Positions 60,244 through 64,000 of a DNA stretch of 64,000 nt are shown here, one piece after another. Position 1 is the stretch's first letter. Each line of letters starts with the position of its first letter. The notes beneath the pieces are model-generated. The model did no database searches. It was not told the DNA's origin and was given only the letters and a program-made list of their open reading frames with translations. This stretch comes from Phoronis australis (Eukaryota; Animalia; Phoronida): NCBI GenBank assembly GCA_002633005.1, contig NMRA01000744.1, forward strand, positions 92,048 to 156,047. Reading direction: 5' to 3'. Both the position numbers and the translations under genes were made by a program.

Positions 60244-60972
60244 ATTTATGATCGACATATGTCCCGAATAATAGATAAATGATACGTGCGACGCAAGCTC
60301 GTTACCAGAGATGAAAAGGAGACCGAGGTACTGAGGCGATATAAGGTCATTTATTATGACTAATACAATTACAATATAATTAATACAGGTAAATAACATA
60401 AAAATGGTAATCTTTGGTAAGATGGGCAATAAAAAAGCGCCGGCCGAGTGGAAGTACGAGAGAATGACGAAAAGTGGGAGGTAGAGGGTGGGAAAATTAA
60501 TAAGTTTTGGAACGTACGACAATGTGGCCGGGACAAAGGTGAACTGAAAGCGAGGTTACAATAACAAAGAAAAACGCCTAAGGACACGTGACAATCACCA
60601 GCCTATAAGAGCCAAGAGCTGACCAAACTCGAGGCACGTGATAACAACAGACCAGTACGAAGGCTGGTAAAATGACGTGTAGCCTGCACAAAGGAATAAT
60701 GAAATAGACCAAAATGAGGGGGGAAACGAGTAAGACGGGTCCATATGGTCATATAAATATATTTAACGAGTGAAATACCATTTATGATCGACATATGTCC
60801 CGAATAATAGATAAATGATACATGCGTCGCAAGCTCGTTACCAGAGATGAAAAGGAGACCGAGGTAGGCAATATAAGGTCATTTATTATGACTAATACAA
60901 TTAAAATATAATGAATACAAGTGAACAACATAAAAATGGTAATCTCTGTTAAGATGGACAATAAAAAGCACC
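60244..60972. repeat. ~195-bp direct repeats 536 bp apart
   Basis: 60244-60441 and 60780-60972 share ATTTATGATCGACATATGTCCCGAATAATAGATAAATGATAC...GCAAGCTCGTTACCAGAGATGAAAAGGAGACCGAGGTA. Confidence 0.85.
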
Positions 60973-61584
60973 ACATGAGATGTTGTAAGACAGCTCAGGC
61001 CCATCCGCAGGGACGCACGAGAGAGAAATGAAAAGAAAGATGTGCAGGACTACTTACAAACGCTGTCAGCCGGATACACAACCCTAACTCTTTTAGTCCC
61101 GTCCATACAGTAGCTAGTGTAATGCACCCCATTTTTAAGTGGAGTGTCCACACGCACACATATCCAATAACTAGGATAAGACGTAAGTCGACAATGAACA
61201 GGCGATACGAATATGGGACACAAAAGGAAACATTTCTGTACGTAATCGCACATGATAATACTTCCGCCTTGCCCCATATTTGCTATCACTCAAGAATTTA
61301 GAAGTGGCACAGGGTACCCTAGAGCAAGTTACCTACCTCAAAAAGATAGAGTAAATTGTCAGTCAATTGGGTAAGTTGCACTAGTTTGAATAGCATCCAC
61401 GCCACCGAAAAACATAGCTATGCGTTCCAGTTGTTACTTGTTCTAGAGTAAGGTTGTATGTAGATGGCATTTATGATTTAATTTGGTTACATTTATAATT
61501 TAATATTATACCAGAAATGAACTTATAGAGGAAACCGGTTATGTAATGAAATTCAATTCTCACCCACACATTGTTTGTCATTAA

Positions 61585-63226
61585 AGGAGAATGCCACCCG
61601 ATTTAAGTAGTCTTTTTTACTGTCTTAATCGGTCTTTATCCACATCGCCTCTTATACGGTCGACCTCACCTTGCCGAGAGGTGTCGCGTTAAGCTGTGAG
61701 GAAGGTGAGAAACGACGCAGCGGCGTCAGTGGTTCGTCTGCAGAGTGAATACCGCTATATTGCGGTGCATCGTTCCCGCTTGTCCGAACAATGAAGCTGC
61801 GAAGAAAGCGAGTGTATCGTTTTTTCGACTTCCTCGAGAGCCTAAAATGCTTATGAAGTGGCTCGCGGTAGTGAAGAATGAAAAGTAGGCCTACGCTGTT
61901 AATAGCAAGTAGTGAGGCCGTGCGTGAAACATCTGCGTGTCTGTGGCCGGCATTTCGTCGACAGTGATTTCTCTGACGAATTCCGGCTAACCGTTGCCTG
62001 TACATGTTCACGGCGCCCCTCTAGTATTTCTTGATCAGTGTATTCTGGTTAGAACTGATAGCCTGTGAAACCTAACGATCCGACCCATGAAGTCTTTGTC
62101 GGATGAGCTCTTGACAAGTCGGGATTGGTCCCGGGCGAGTTGCCATGAAGACGTTTATTATTCTGCGTTCTGTTTCAAAATGAATTATTCTCATCCTAAC
62201 CAATGCTTATATAAAACTGAAACAAAGTCTGTCTCATTAGATACAATTTGTAAAGCCTTTGCAGTATTTGTGAGTGCAAATGTTGAGAAGCCAGCAATGA
62301 ATAAACCACTGCGTTACCGGCTTTTGATGCCGGCAATAAAGGTAATTGACCGGGCACCGAGGCCGTGTGAGCGCATGCTAATTTAGTGTTTGCTGATAGA
62401 AAGATGTTGTGAAACAATTACTCAATTTTATATGCTATGGTCACATGTTAGGGGAATCTTTATATAGAAATACAAATACATTATTCAAATCATTGTTACT
62501 GAAGAACTTTTTCCCTGACGGTCTGTGGAATTGGTACCCGACTTCGCGGCCCCCGACAAGTAAGTAGATTTTCAGTTTCGTTGCTAATTCACATAAATAA
62601 TTAGTGCACATTATTTCTTTGGATCACTATTATAGTCTGTTCGTGACTGGAGGTTTAGCTTCCAACTCAAGCTGGTTTATGTTCGTGCCAGTCCCGGCGT
62701 CCGCGATGGGCCTGATCGGGTTCCGAGCCACTGGCCGGGATAACAAGCGTTTTTGTGTTTAGAACTCAAAAATTTACAAGCCTAAACAACACAAATCTAG
62801 CTTGTCATGTCTGTATTTCACGGAAACATACTTCGAATTTATCTCCGAACAGACCCCAAACTCCTGCTACGGACCTTGGTAAATTGGCTTGCCGAGCTTT
62901 GTAGGCTACGGTGTGTCCACTGAAATACCAATCAATCCGTAAAAGCGAAATAAAACAACACGTTTTTATAAGAACTCTGTGTATTTTTAAGGGCTTTTCA
63001 TCGAAGTTTGATTTATTATGTAAAACGATGAATTCAAGCGTAAGTTGACTCCAGTAACCCGTGTTGTGAATTGCTCAACAGACTGCATGTGAAACCAATG
63101 ACGTCATTACATAATTTCAATACCTCCGTCTGCCGTCCGGAAACGCAACCGAACGTGCCGTTATCGAATAGAGCTACTCGATCTAAATTGATACAAAATA
63201 GGTTGTTTTTTGGGTGGCATTCTCCT
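61585..63226 (+). mobile_element. Kolobok-like non-autonomous DNA transposon (1642 bp)
   Basis: Perfect 15-bp TIRs AGGAGAATGCCACCC (61585-61599) and GGGTGGCATTCTCCT (63212-63226), TTAA on both flanks, and an internal THAP relic. Confidence 0.85.
61757..61971 (+). pseudogene. Disrupted THAP (C2CH) zinc-finger remnant inside the Kolobok-like element
   Basis: ILRCIVPACPNNEAAKKASVSFFRLPREPKMLMKWLAVVKNEK*, then in another frame HLRVCGRHFVDSDF: C-x4-C, FxLP, W and C-x2-HF are THAP hallmarks. Confidence 0.8.
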
Positions 63227-63970
63227 TTAAATCGATCAGGTACACTGTATTTGTTATTACGTGTCATGTAGAGGGACGGTGTTTTGGTGATAATATCGGT
63301 CAATGCAGGAAATGCTGACTAATAACATATAATGGTTCGTTCATGTTACAAAGTAAAGTCAGGTAAATTCAAGTGTGTGTGACCGAATCAGGGTTTACTA
63401 CTAAACATTGACAAAATGTTGTTTAACAATCACTGTTTATCTACAGGTATTTCACCAATCATTGTAAAGCTTGATTTTCAATTGATTTATTATTTTCGCA
63501 TCAGTTTAGATGCCAGTTTATTTCCAAAGTGCTCAAATGTTGGAAAGTGTTGACAACAAGACAACTGATATTGTTTTTTAACATATTCTGCATCGAGTAG
63601 TAGTCAGTATTTGATAACAATCAAAATCCATTCTCAGTACTGTGTTGCTGTTGTTTTGCTGTAATTTATTTGTAATTATATTTTAGGTTAAAAACACACC
63701 TGTTCTGAGGGGATGGGTTATTCACTTGGAAGGCGGTTGGTTGTTTTGAGCGATCGCTGCTGAATGCATAACTGGAAGGCCTCTTTAGAAACATCGACAG
63801 AACAAAGAAAAGAATGTTGTTCAATAAAAACAAGTAGTTTAACTTTATTTGAGATGTAAGTCAGAGGGGCATTCAATTATAAGCTACATCTATTCAATAA
63901 CAAGTTACCTATCGAATAGTTTCTCCACTGAATAATAGGCACCAAACTGGTTCTCAAAAGATAGGTTATG

Positions 63971-64000
63971 CATAGGCGGATTTAGGGAGGGGCAGGGGGC
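63971..64000. mobile_element. Left end of a MITE like 55462-55622 (truncated by the window edge)
   Basis: CATAGGCGGATTTAGGGAGGGGCAGGGGGC. Confidence 0.45.

Noticed and set aside
60244-60972. LTR pair of a miniature retrotransposon
   Set aside because: No TG...CA ends, primer-binding site or TSD were identified, so it is kept only as a direct repeat.
61652-62011. 119-aa Arg-rich minus-strand ORF
   Set aside because: It is the antisense shadow of the plus-strand THAP relic.
62087-63000. KolX or DDE core inside the Kolobok-like element
   Set aside because: I could not find convincing motifs in the frames inspected by eye.

Overview
Eukaryotic, AT-rich genomic DNA from an intron-rich animal; a marine invertebrate deuterostome is plausible but that is inference. 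Two genes lie on the minus strand. (1) A complete VPS39 (Vam6, HOPS subunit) gene, reconstructed by hand as 23 coding exons from ATG 52415 to TGA 21751. All introns are GT-AG and phase-consistent, giving 2667 nt = 888 aa + stop. (2) The first coding exon of a conventional beta-spectrin (CDS 373-493), which continues off the left edge, with a probable promoter/non-coding first exon near 14.8-15.3 kb. The rest is introns and intergenic DNA with transposon relics. Three Helentron-type non-autonomous elements (HINE/DINE-1-like) sit in VPS39 introns, and their ~145-bp internal repeat units each carry a CTCF-like motif; this is the most unusual observation. Also present: a TTAA-flanked Kolobok-like element with a broken THAP domain, a decayed Tc1/mariner element with long TIRs, a TSD-flanked 3' fragment of an L1/Tx1-like LINE, tRNA-derived SINEs (including an inverted pair forming a hairpin), several MITEs, an exon-like SGNH esterase relic and tandem repeats. 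Two duplications flank N positions and are probably assembly (haplotype) artefacts. No tRNA/rRNA genes or CRISPR arrays are supported. All calls are by eye; no database search was run.
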